This document shows, one piece after another, positions 39,345-48,818 of a stretch of DNA of 64,000 bases (its first letter is position 1; each line of letters opens with the position of its first letter). Source of the DNA: Candidatus Bathyarchaeota archaeon (GTDB lineage Archaea; Thermoproteota; Bathyarchaeia; Bathyarchaeales; Bathycorpusculaceae); NCBI GenBank assembly GCA_963832745.1, contig CAWHVC010000003.1, forward strand, positions 352,001 to 416,000. Direction: 5' to 3'. Position numbers and translations under genes: made by a program. The notes under the pieces were generated by a model. It worked only from the letters and a program-made list of their open reading frames with translations. It had not been told where the DNA came from and ran no database searches.

Positions 39345-40405
39345 TTGACGCTAAAGTTGCAGCCTTCGAAGCAGTAGAACGACAAAAGAAGCTTCAGAAG
39401 CTAAAAGATGAACGTTTGGTGGAATATGACCGATATTACCAAACAGTTCTACTTACTCTAGGATTAAAAAACTATTTAGAAACGCATGCAAGAGATTGTC
39501 GATTTATATCCGCTGAACCTTGTTTCTCAAATTCTCAGGGCTCGGAGATTAGACCCGATATAGTGCTACAACATAACGGAAAGAAAGGTATTCTATGTGA
39601 AGTTAAAACGTCAATGCCCCAAAAAGACGAGCATTTGCTTGCGACATTGAAACAATTAGAGCGATATTCTCAAGAAGTTTTTGGTTGGGAAACGATAGAT
39701 AGAACGGTAGATTTTCACGAAACGTTGCTTTTATGTCATGCCTTTGATTATGACAGAGTTTCTGAAAAGCTGTCCCAATGGTCAAAGGAAGGTTTGCTGA
39801 AGATTTCTAACGTGGTCTTGTGTGAGTGGATAATGGCACCTAACCCAAAAACCGCGAAAGAAGAATTAATGATACGGTTAAGGGAGGGCAGAACTAGCTG
39901 CGAAGAACTAAACTTGCTTTTGAAGAAGAACATAAACGTAGATATCAAGCAATTAATTGTCGAAGTTGAAGAGTGCAAATTTACTCGAAAAGAACCGCCT
40001 GTGGAATATACAATGGCTCAATTATGGATGCACGTTTTTTCAGAAATCAACCGAGACCCAATTGATTTCGAAGTCCCCATAAACAAGCTACTGGAAATTG
40101 TTTATGATTATTACATTTCATGGTCTAATATAGAAGGAGAATTTTCACAAGTCAGGGAGAGATGGATAAAAAAGGCTATGCAGGCATTTTGTAACATTGG
40201 AATGGCAACTCCAGTTACGGAAAAACCAAATACTTACAAAATCTTGACTTCAAAATCAATTCCGAAAAATGTTCAAGAATATGTAATTGAACGCCTTTGT
40301 GAAAAGGCATTGGATGAAAAGATTCCTAAAAAAAGCATTGTTCTGAGACCAGAGGAAAATAAGCAAATTACTGATTTCTTAGGTGGCAAAAAACCAAACG
40401 GATAG
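39341..40405 (+). CDS. PD-(D/E)xK nuclease domain protein
   Basis: IRPDIVLQ...ILCEVKTS...QLERY matches the restriction-endonuclease-fold signature PD...ExK...QxxxY. Confidence 0.72.
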   Translation: MIDAKVAAFEAVERQKKLQKLKDERLVEYDRYYQTVLLTLGLKNYLETHARDCRFISAEPCFSNSQGSEIRPDIVLQHNGKKGILCEVKTSMPQKDEHLLATLKQLERYSQEVFGWETIDRTVDFHETLLLCHAFDYDRVSEKLSQWSKEGLLKISNVVLCEWIMAPNPKTAKEELMIRLREGRTSCEELNLLLKKNINVDIKQLIVEVEECKFTRKEPPVEYTMAQLWMHVFSEINRDPIDFEVPINKLLEIVYDYYISWSNIEGEFSQVRERWIKKAMQAFCNIGMATPVTEKPNTYKILTSKSIPKNVQEYVIERLCEKALDEKIPKKSIVLRPEENKQITDFLGGKKPNG

Positions 40406-40893
40406 CTTACAAGCAAGTTTTCTGTGATTTTAAAATTGGGTTATCCGTTTTTTGCTCTATGAGTTATGTTTGCCCGCATAATGCGGTAAGAAGTTGGCGG
40501 GGGCTAGCGTCATTTTGGGTTAATGAATAATTGCATTTAGCAAAGAGAAATTATCTACCCAAATTTTCTGCACCTGCTGGAAACTGGCTAAGGTAATAAG
40601 CTATAGGTTATTAATACGGCTAAAACTAAATTCTTAGTAATTAGCAAATTATTAATTATTAAGAAAACAAGTGGATACCTTAGGTAGTGCCATGTCCGAT
40701 GCTTTTTAGCTCTTTTGCAAAATATCCTGTTTGACCTTTGCTATCGCTCGTTTACACGCACTATAGCGGTTGCAAAGGAAAAACTAGAGCCAATGTGTGG
40801 CATACAATTCCCCGCAAATCTATGGTAAACAATTTGTTGGTAAAATGGTAAACATGGAAAAAGCCGATTCCGTGTTCCTTTATCAAAAGGAAC

Positions 40894-40918
40894 TGGTGCG
40901 GAGGGTGGGATTTGAACC
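40894..40918 (-). repeat. Inner att site: last 25 nt of tRNA-Leu (T-loop to CCA)
   Basis: TGGTGCGGAGGGTGGGATTTGAACC is identical to 52743-52767 and 36584-36608. Confidence 0.92.
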
Positions 40919-40992
40919 AATGGATTTTCTTTCCCGAAAGAAACCCCAGCTAAAGAAAGGGCGTCCTTGTTATTGGTTGATTGTGTTTCCAT
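40894..40992 (-). CDS. Integrase N-terminal fragment int(N)
   Basis: METQSTNNKDALSLAGVSFGKENPL-VQIPPSAP reads through att in the same frame as int(C). A GGAG lies upstream of the ATG. Confidence 0.75.
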
Positions 40993-41007
40993 ATGCTTGT
41001 TTTCTCC

Positions 41008-41077
41008 GTAACAGATTATGTTACAATAAATTAGTTAGCGATAGACAGATATAAACGTAACGTAATATGTTACGTTT
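41008..41077. promoter_or_regulatory. Two GTAAC-N7-GTTAC palindromic operators in a divergent promoter
   Basis: At 41008-41024 and 41057-41073. The second extends to the perfect inverted repeat AAACGTAAC/GTTACGTTT (41053-41077). Confidence 0.65.
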
Positions 41078-41088
41078 GAGGTGTTACG

Positions 41089-41256
41089 GTGCATAAGGAA
41101 TTACTCAGCGACAAAGAACGGCTAATACTAAAGCACTTTTTGGAGTCAGGAGAAAAGCAAGAAGGCTTTAGAATGCTCAAAATGCGTATACTTCGCAACT
41201 ATTCCCTGATAAGTGAAGATTTCAAATTAATTACAGAGTTAAAACAAAAGCTATAG
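41089..41256 (+). CDS. Small 55-aa basic helical protein, candidate repressor or directionality factor (absent from the ORF track)
   Basis: MHKELLSDKERLILKHFLESGEKQEGFRMLKMRILRNYSLISEDFKLITELKQKL, with a GAGGTG SD before the GTG start. Confidence 0.65.
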   Translation: MHKELLSDKERLILKHFLESGEKQEGFRMLKMRILRNYSLISEDFKLITELKQKL

Positions 41257-41338
41257 TAGCCTTATCAAGAGGCATTATAAACCAAATGCAAGTAAAGGCT
41301 ATTAGACAAATTAAGAATTCAACACTATCGGTCAGGTT

Positions 41339-42121
41339 TTAGGGGCTTTTTGATTCAAACAATGGGTTTTTCTTCATAATTTCATTCCATTCAACAATCT
41401 CTTGCTTAAAAATCGCACATACCGACTTGTAGAACTCTTGGTAGTACTTTGTATAAAGGTCAAGGTATTTTTCAACATGTAGGTCAATTTGAGCATCATA
41501 CTTGAAATTAAAATTATTAATTATATTCAACGATTCCTTTGACCAGCCCTTACCTGTATATCTTCCAGAAGGGCACCAACTTAATAATTGGTCTTTATCT
41601 AACGTGAGGCTGATATTGTAATTCCGATTTTTTAGTGGTGGTATAACATACCAATAACTAGCAAAACATAGCGAATAATGGTCATAATACCGTCTGATAT
41701 CATTAAGGAATTTGACGCTTCCATTATTGCAGAAATTATTTTTTGCTATCTCAAAATCATCAATGGATTTAAGCTTCTCTGAAATCTTTTCATCAATCTC
41801 AATATTTCTCATATGTTGAAGTGCAGAGTATGCATCTGAACAAAAATGCTTGATATGACGATTTAACGCAAGAACTTTCAAGTAATTATCATCATACTCA
41901 TCTTGTGCTTTCTCCATCTCTATTTCCATTAGCTTTTGAAGTTCTTTTAACAAATCCTCTTTATCCAATTGGAGCAAATAACAATCTTCATCCAGTCTAT
42001 CCAGATTGCGTATAATTCTTCCACCAACAGATTGCTCCTTTAATTTTTGCCAATCCAAGTATTTTATTTTACCCACTCTCAGTTTTAGCAATGGTCTAGT
42101 TATTGGCTTAAAGTTTTTCAT
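41339..42121 (-). CDS. Hypothetical protein with a HEPN-like Rx4H motif
   Basis: FLNDIRRYYDHY in a helical protein. Confidence 0.55.
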   Translation of the reverse strand: MKNFKPITRPLLKLRVGKIKYLDWQKLKEQSVGGRIIRNLDRLDEDCYLLQLDKEDLLKELQKLMEIEMEKAQDEYDDNYLKVLALNRHIKHFCSDAYSALQHMRNIEIDEKISEKLKSIDDFEIAKNNFCNNGSVKFLNDIRRYYDHYSLCFASYWYVIPPLKNRNYNISLTLDKDQLLSWCPSGRYTGKGWSKESLNIINNFNFKYDAQIDLHVEKYLDLYTKYYQEFYKSVCAIFKQEIVEWNEIMKKNPLFESKSP

Positions 42122-42174
42122 AATTTAGATTCTACGGATAATTTTTTTAAGCAATTTAGCAGTATATTGCGTTT

Positions 42175-42897
42175 ATGTCTAATGCTCTCAAAGGTCTATG
42201 TGTAGCTGTACTTATTGTTGGCATAGTGCTATCGGCTACAATGTTTATAGTCAAATTTCCAGTAGCCACTCAAGTTCCCTACCAAGTACAAGTACCGTAT
42301 GAAGCAACAGAAACAAAGACTCAAAACTTAGACCACCGAGAGAGCTACCAAATACAAAGCGGACATCTTGCTTACTCGAACTTTGACCTTGAAGCTGGAA
42401 AAAGTTTAGTGGTCACTTGGCAGGTTGATAATACAGTATCTGTGTATATAACAACCCCTTCACAATTTGACTCAGCAAAACTATTGGGTATCCCTACCTC
42501 TTCTTTGTCAAGAGAGCAAATGACAGGTTCAGGCACGTTATCTTATCAGATACCTAGTGCTGGAACATACTATGTTATAATCAGCCCCTATATGAGTGAT
42601 GTAAACGTGGCTTCTTACAAATCTGACCTACAATGGCAAGAGCAAGTAACTAAGTATAGAAGTGAAACAAGATACCAATATGAAACAATTTACACATCAA
42701 GCACTTTTGGAATCAATTTAGGTGTAAGCATTCTAGTCTTAGGCTGTATCTTAACACCGCTAAGCTTTGTGAATATTAAGCCGATGATTAAGAAAACAAA
42801 AAATTTTAACAAAGTAACTTGTGATTACTGCAATACAACCTATGACAAACATATAGACAAGTGTCCTCATTGTGGAGCAAGAAATAAAGTCCTTTAG
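42175..42897 (+). CDS. Membrane-anchored beta-sandwich protein with a C-terminal Zn ribbon
   Basis: TM helices at both ends, PSAGTYYVII and CDYC...CPHCG. Confidence 0.7.
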   Translation: MSNALKGLCVAVLIVGIVLSATMFIVKFPVATQVPYQVQVPYEATETKTQNLDHRESYQIQSGHLAYSNFDLEAGKSLVVTWQVDNTVSVYITTPSQFDSAKLLGIPTSSLSREQMTGSGTLSYQIPSAGTYYVIISPYMSDVNVASYKSDLQWQEQVTKYRSETRYQYETIYTSSTFGINLGVSILVLGCILTPLSFVNIKPMIKKTKNFNKVTCDYCNTTYDKHIDKCPHCGARNKVL

Positions 42898-42953
42898 GTT
42901 TGTTTCTTTTTTGCTAAGTCTTTTATGTTACAACCTAACAAACAAAGCACGAC

Positions 42954-43691
42954 ATGACAGCAGATTCAAGTGAAGACATCTTTCGGATTCAATTAGGGCA
43001 AAATAGCATTAAATTGCTTCAATTCAGAAAAAATAAGTCATCTGGTGATATTTACGGGTGGTTTGGTATTCCAGACGTGGGTTTGCATATTTCGGGGCAT
43101 ATGCCAAAACCACCGCTCCACCCATATGCACATTTACACCTAAAGAGCGATATTTTGGGAATTCATGAAGATATTGCTGATTTTGACCCTACTGATGTAG
43201 CGGATTATTATCGAGATTTTGCAGAGGATTTTATTAATGACTTCTATGAACCAGAACCAGATGAATCTATAACGATGCTTCCCATGACAGCACATACTTT
43301 TACATCTGGAAGCTTTAATGTGCCACGTCTGTTCCAAGCGATGACAGGAACATATTACCGCACAAATGGCAATAGGCTCTCTAGACTTTTGACTAATAAC
43401 CCATCTCTTTTAGATACCATTGGAATTTCAGACAATGGGATAGTATTACCTATTGATACAAATGTCATCTTTGAAATTCCATTCAAGTCACGCTTCAATT
43501 ACTTCAATAAATTACTTTTAGGTAAACCGCTAAGTTCATTTGCCGACCCGATAACAAAAGCATTAGAAATTGTTCAACGTAATAGCCCAAACTCTTTAAC
43601 TAAATGGATTCCACCTTCAACTGTTGGAAGCTTCATTCAAGAAACCCAAGCTATTATCAAAAAAGCAAAACCGCAAATAATCGATTACTAA
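42954..43691 (+). CDS. Hypothetical protein (245 aa)
   Basis: ORF with the His-rich segment HISGH...HPYAHLHL; no family recognised. Confidence 0.6.
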   Translation: MTADSSEDIFRIQLGQNSIKLLQFRKNKSSGDIYGWFGIPDVGLHISGHMPKPPLHPYAHLHLKSDILGIHEDIADFDPTDVADYYRDFAEDFINDFYEPEPDESITMLPMTAHTFTSGSFNVPRLFQAMTGTYYRTNGNRLSRLLTNNPSLLDTIGISDNGIVLPIDTNVIFEIPFKSRFNYFNKLLLGKPLSSFADPITKALEIVQRNSPNSLTKWIPPSTVGSFIQETQAIIKKAKPQIIDY

Positions 43692-43750
43692 AAACTCAAA
43701 AGAACAACTTGCAATTAAATGCTTAAACAAAAAGGAAAAGAAAGGAATAT

Positions 43751-44479
43751 TCAAGATACTGGTTGAATGCTGTAGCTTTTTGCACTGTAGGGTGCTTCTT
43801 TACCGCATTCGGGACAGAATTTACTATTGTTTACAACCGTTCCACAGTGCAAACAAATCTTTGTTATTGGCTGACTTTGGTTATTGAGTGCATCTGGTTT
43901 AAATGATACTGCCAGTATCCCACCAATTAACCCAAATATTGTTCCAAGCCCCATTATCGAGGAAATAATGATTGTGTTACCCCATTTTGTATGTTCTGCG
44001 GGATTAGCCATCATCTTTCTAGCTGAATGTATTATAATTACTGCTGAAAGCAAACACAACAAACCTATCCCCAAATATATTCCGAAATAGGCAAAATAGG
44101 GGTCTGTAACATAAGTTCCTGTTCCATAAGGAGTAGTAACCCACCAACGTCTTACTCCACCCATTCCAGTATTTGATGGAATAGAATAAAACAAATTAGC
44201 ACAATATACGCCAAATGCAATAAGAACTAAAGAAATGAAAGTCCCTATGGAGCCGCCAACCATTGAAAAATTGTAGGCACTTGTTGGTTTGCTCATAATC
44301 ATTTGATTACGTAGATTTTCTTCAGTGGTTGATTTATTCGCTTGAGTAGTTGGGATAGAAATAACCGCCTTCCTACAGGCTTTACAAAGATATTTCCCGT
44401 TAAATTCTGGATGCTCTGTTTGAGACATCCATTTAGTACCATCAAAGGTTCTTTTTTCGCATCTTGTACACTTAGGCAT
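43751..44479 (-). CDS. Membrane protein with N- and C-terminal Zn ribbons
   Basis: CTRC/CKAC, three TM helices and CLHCG...FCPECG. Confidence 0.7.
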   Translation of the reverse strand: MPKCTRCEKRTFDGTKWMSQTEHPEFNGKYLCKACRKAVISIPTTQANKSTTEENLRNQMIMSKPTSAYNFSMVGGSIGTFISLVLIAFGVYCANLFYSIPSNTGMGGVRRWWVTTPYGTGTYVTDPYFAYFGIYLGIGLLCLLSAVIIIHSARKMMANPAEHTKWGNTIIISSIMGLGTIFGLIGGILAVSFKPDALNNQSQPITKICLHCGTVVNNSKFCPECGKEAPYSAKSYSIQPVS

Positions 44480-44544
44480 TGAAACCATTCCTTTTTATTC
44501 AAAACGTATTATCGATAAGTAGACAGCTTATTCTTTAAAAGTTT

Positions 44545-44608
44545 GTGCTACCAATGGGTGCTACTCCATTGGTGCTCGAAAAAACACTTGTTCAACATAA
44601 GGTGCTAC
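44545..44608. promoter_or_regulatory. Four (G)GTGCT(AC) direct repeats plus a CCAATGG/CCATTGG inverted repeat
   Basis: GTGCT at 44545, 44558, 44572 and 44602, upstream of the AbrB-like gene. Confidence 0.55.
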
Positions 44609-44625
44609 CAAATTAGGGACACAAC

Positions 44626-44814
44626 ATGATTGAAGGCGAAGGTAAAATGATAAATCGCCCAACACAAACCGGCGGAAAAACCTACGACAAATACTTCATT
44701 TACATACCAATCGAAGTCGCCAGAGATACTGCATTCCCATTTAAACCTCAAGAAAAATTAAAAATAAAAATTGACATAAACAACAGAATGCTAACAGTAA
44801 AAAAAATTGAATGA
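44626..44814 (+). CDS. AbrB/SpoVT-like small DNA-binding protein
   Basis: Swapped-hairpin pattern YFIYIPIEVARDTAFPFKPQEKLKIKID. Confidence 0.7.
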   Translation: MIEGEGKMINRPTQTGGKTYDKYFIYIPIEVARDTAFPFKPQEKLKIKIDINNRMLTVKKIE

Positions 44815-44895
44815 CAGCTACTCCATAATTTTCAATTGAACGAGCAAATATGTTTTGAGTGCTTTTAAGTTAGCCACAGTAAGCGTCCATCTACA

Positions 44896-45351
44896 GTGAA
44901 AAAGATGTCTGTTAATTATACTTCGAAAAGTGCCCTATTAAAAGAAGTCTTAACAAGAGCCAACAAAAAAGAAAAACAAGAATACGAAAACATACTCAAA
45001 AAACAAATTGTTTTAGGCGAAAGATTTGACACCATTTTGAAGGAATGGCAAACCATCAGAGACAAACAAAACCACAAATATGGCCCACAAGAACCAAAGA
45101 AAAGCCAGAAATCCACAGAAGAAATGTCTACAGATGAATTCATGCGAGAAATGAAAGAGCATAACAAGTATTTTCATGACTCCCTTGAATGGAACACTGA
45201 GCAAATTGCAACCAACAATAGGCAGATAGAAAAAATCAGTCAATTAATAGAGTTAACAACTGAGTTCATATCCCTTGAAAGTGAAGTAAAATGGCTTTTA
45301 CTTTCTATAGCTCTCAGAACGCAACCAAATTTGCTGAGATATATAAAATAA
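44896..45351 (+). CDS. Hypothetical coiled-coil protein
   Basis: Charged helical ORF. Confidence 0.55.
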   Translation: MKKMSVNYTSKSALLKEVLTRANKKEKQEYENILKKQIVLGERFDTILKEWQTIRDKQNHKYGPQEPKKSQKSTEEMSTDEFMREMKEHNKYFHDSLEWNTEQIATNNRQIEKISQLIELTTEFISLESEVKWLLLSIALRTQPNLLRYIK

Positions 45352-45778
45352 CGATAAGAAATATACTATGTGACATATTAAATGTCTAACATCCATAATG
45401 CAGTCGCTGACTAAACAAATACCCCGTATATTATGCAAATACCCCCGCAATTGTAAAGAGCCAGAGGGGTTTTATTTTACATATATAAAAACTTCCTTTT
45501 AAATAGCCAGACAATTGAAGAATTGACTCCACAGTTGACCGTATGAGCCACTGATTGTCCATGTTAGGAACTGATTTCAAACAACCGGTTCCAGAATCAG
45601 TGTCATGGAAAAGCATGGACTATTCGGTTTCAGGAACTGAATAACCAATAGAAATGATACAACCATATAAGGGTAAAATTAGAAGTTAATTAATAAATAA
45701 TAACATTATGTCAATTTAGTTACTTTTATAGGGGCATTTTTGCCCAAAATCGGTGAATCAGTTCCAGCAAGTATTGGC

Positions 45779-46162
45779 TTAAAACTCATAATAACTGCCT
45801 AGTTCTTTTGCTACTTGTTGCCAAATCTGCTTATTGCTAACTTTCCGTTTAACACCTTTTTCTGCTCTTTCACTTTCCAAACGACCTCTTGTATGATTAA
45901 AGAGTATTTTTGTAGATGAAGTGAATAGAGACCGCCCTGTTAGCTCAAGTTCAAATTTAAGGTCTGTTTTTTCCAGAATAAGTGGTAAATCGGTGATGAT
46001 GGCAACTATAGCTTTCTGTTTGATTATGTTCTTCATTTGTCTGTGTTTCTTTATTTTGTCATTCTGTAATCTTTCTCTTTCGATATCTGTTAGTATTCCT
46101 CTGTAGGGCTTTCTTGAGTGCTTATCGTTTTCTATGGAAATTGTCACGTTGAGGCACGACAT
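45779..46162 (-). CDS. Small basic protein divergent from the replication genes, putative regulator
   Basis: RGILTDIERERL resembles KELLSDKERLIL in the ORF at 41089. Confidence 0.55.
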   Translation of the reverse strand: MSCLNVTISIENDKHSRKPYRGILTDIERERLQNDKIKKHRQMKNIIKQKAIVAIITDLPLILEKTDLKFELELTGRSLFTSSTKILFNHTRGRLESERAEKGVKRKVSNKQIWQQVAKELGSYYEF

Positions 46163-46203
46163 AAGTTGTAAGCAGTTTGATGCTATATATAATATACTAA
46201 AAT

Positions 46204-47785
46204 ATGGTGGAAATATTGACAGAAGAATTAGAAGATAGCGGTTCTATTCCGCTAATAAGTACCGATGGATTGACTCCATCAAATAATAATCAAGTAAAAG
46301 ATAAAAAAGAAAAGCCTAAGATAGTTTCAAAGTCACTTTTATTCATTGGCGATGATATTGAAAACTATAGTAAACGTGGACTTTATGAAGCTGTCTTTTT
46401 TAATAGTCAACCCTATTTCTTGCGATGCTTTAACGCTGACCGAACAGGTAATAGTCCTAAACTGTTTGCCCTTCAAAAATCAATTTCAACTTATGAGGAA
46501 TCGACAAGCGGTAATCCTCAAAAAGTTATGTTTGCTCCCAAAGTTACTTCACTTGAACTGTTACCATTCGATTTTGGAGAAACAGAATTAGAATCTGTCT
46601 TTGAGGGTAACAAATACGCAATCCCAACAACTCAGGAACTGTTTGACCGCATTTATGCCATGATTAAACTGTATGCAGACATCTCTTCTGATTGGTTAAA
46701 TGTGAGCTCATTGATGGTTTTGATGAGTTACGAACAGCACAAGTTTAACTGGCTTCCATATCTGGGCATATTTGGCGATACTGGAAGTGGAAAGAGTGTC
46801 CTTACTGAGATTCTAAGTTATTTGTGTTACCGGTGTGGTTATTTCTTTGAAACAAATAGTGCTGACATCTATCAATATCTGAGCGAATATGAGGATACAA
46901 TCCCTTGTTTGGCTGAAGATGAAACTCAGGGACTAGAAAAAGATAGTGAAAAAATTAAAATTTACAAATCAGGTAGTTCAAAAAGTGGTAAGGTAATACG
47001 AATCCTACAAACCCCAAACGGTCGAAAGTTATTATCCTATCCAACATATTGCTTCAAAATCATAACAGGCGAACAAACTCCAACAGTTAAGGGGCTGAAT
47101 GAACGTATACTATGCATTCCTTCCTCCAAAGGCAAACCCTCAAAACATTGGTACGATAGAACCGATAAAGATACCAACGAAATTAAACGGTTAAAATGGG
47201 ATTTACTCAAGTGGCGCATGGCCAATTATTGTAATAGCTATCAGAATGAAATCAACTCTACGAGTAGGATAGAAGATAACCTAAAGCCCCTAGAAGTGTT
47301 GGCGAAAGGATTATCGATATCATCAGACCTTGAAAAATGGGCAAAAGAAACAATACAAAAAAGCGAAAGCGAAAAGAAATCGACCCTTGAAGGCTGTACC
47401 GTTGAAGCCGTGTATACAATAATAAACAGAGGACTATTTGCAAAGGAAACTGTACTTCAAGGTCAATTAGCTTCAAAACTCTTCATTAGCTTTGATACTA
47501 TTTGGGAACAAATTAAAACAATCACTCTAGGCAACAATGGATAATGAAAAATTGCAGACCGTTGAGTTTGGTGAGATTACTAAGAACAAGATTGGTAGAA
47601 TTCTAAGCAATATTTTTGCTAGTAAATCAGTTTCAAAAGCGGATGCCACGAATAATAAAGTTAGGTGCCGTTCATTCGAAATAGAGATGTTACTAAGGGT
47701 TATAAGCAATTATTTTGATGAACCTGAAACTGAACGATTGAACCTAAAAATTCAGCAAAGTAACGGCGAAGAAGCAGAACTCTAA
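46204..47785 (+). pseudogene. P-loop ATPase/helicase of the replication module, apparently split by a frameshift near 47535
   Basis: Walker A GDTGSGKS, Walker B CLAEDE, NER motif. The ORF at 47537-47785 continues a wHTH-like C-terminus (EFGEITKNKIGRIL). Confidence 0.65.
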
Positions 47786-47798
47786 AGGCGCGTTAAAT

Positions 47799-48818
47799 AT
47801 GTCAGAGAATCACATAACAAAAGAAGAGCTATGGGAAGAGTTTTTTGGAAATTTTGGAAGAGACTTCGGAAATCCGCAAAGGTGGTTCTCAAACAATCCC
47901 TCAGATATTTACTGGTTCATCGATGAATGCACAAAAAATAAACTACCCGCATTTATGAGTGTTCAACCAAAGAATTATAAAAATACAATCAAGGGCCTTG
48001 AGAAACTGTTTTTTGATTTTGATTACTCAGCAACAACTCAAGCCACAGCTATAGATGAAATAAATAAATTACGAAAAGAAATGGAGAAAGAAGTTACATT
48101 CTTTCTAAAACACTTGGATGAATTAAACATAAAACCTCTTGTGGTACAAACGTACAAAGGCTTTCATGTCTATGTTTACCTAGATTATGTCTACAGTTTA
48201 AAAGGGCAAGATAAACTATTGAAAGAAGTGTATAAGCAGTTACAGCTAGCACTCTTACAAGGTTATGAATACAGATTTATTGATTGGCACGTTATTGGCG
48301 ATATTAATCGCCTTTCTCGAATTCCATTATCAATTCACCAGAAGACAAGCGCAGAATGCATAATAGTTGACAATCAACTTAGACCCGATAAGATAAGAAG
48401 TTTAGAGTTTTTCAAGTTATATGGCTTAAAAGAAGCTGATATAAACGCAATCATAAAAAAGATAGTTAAAAACAAGAAGCCGATAGATAGCACTCCAAAA
48501 GACTATCCTATTAACTCAACCAACAACTTCAAAGATATTCGACCATGCTTCAAAAAAGCAATGGTTGCTAGAGAAATGTGCCATGAACAAAGACTTGCCT
48601 TGTTGCTAGAGATATATTCTCTTGGCAACCATGACATAGATAGTATAGTTCAATATTTTACGTGTTTCAATGACTTTAACGAAGATGAAACAAGTAAGCA
48701 AGTGCAATGGTTCCTACAGAATGAGATAGAGAGAGGATTCACTAAACCATACCGATGTAAAACAATAGCTGATAAAGGTTGGTGTATAGGTGAACAATGC
48801 CCTCTTAAAATTAATTGA
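47799..48818 (+). CDS. Archaeo-eukaryotic primase: PriS catalytic domain fused to a PriL-like Cys-rich domain
   Basis: LFFDFD, TYKGFHVY and DINRLSRIP, then IRPCF...HEQRL...YRC...WC...CP. Confidence 0.82.
   Translation: MSENHITKEELWEEFFGNFGRDFGNPQRWFSNNPSDIYWFIDECTKNKLPAFMSVQPKNYKNTIKGLEKLFFDFDYSATTQATAIDEINKLRKEMEKEVTFFLKHLDELNIKPLVVQTYKGFHVYVYLDYVYSLKGQDKLLKEVYKQLQLALLQGYEYRFIDWHVIGDINRLSRIPLSIHQKTSAECIIVDNQLRPDKIRSLEFFKLYGLKEADINAIIKKIVKNKKPIDSTPKDYPINSTNNFKDIRPCFKKAMVAREMCHEQRLALLLEIYSLGNHDIDSIVQYFTCFNDFNEDETSKQVQWFLQNEIERGFTKPYRCKTIADKGWCIGEQCPLKIN

Noticed and set aside
40797-41054. 85-aa plus-strand ORF across the inner att site
   Set aside because: It is antisense to int(N) and spans the att and operator sites, so it is probably spurious.
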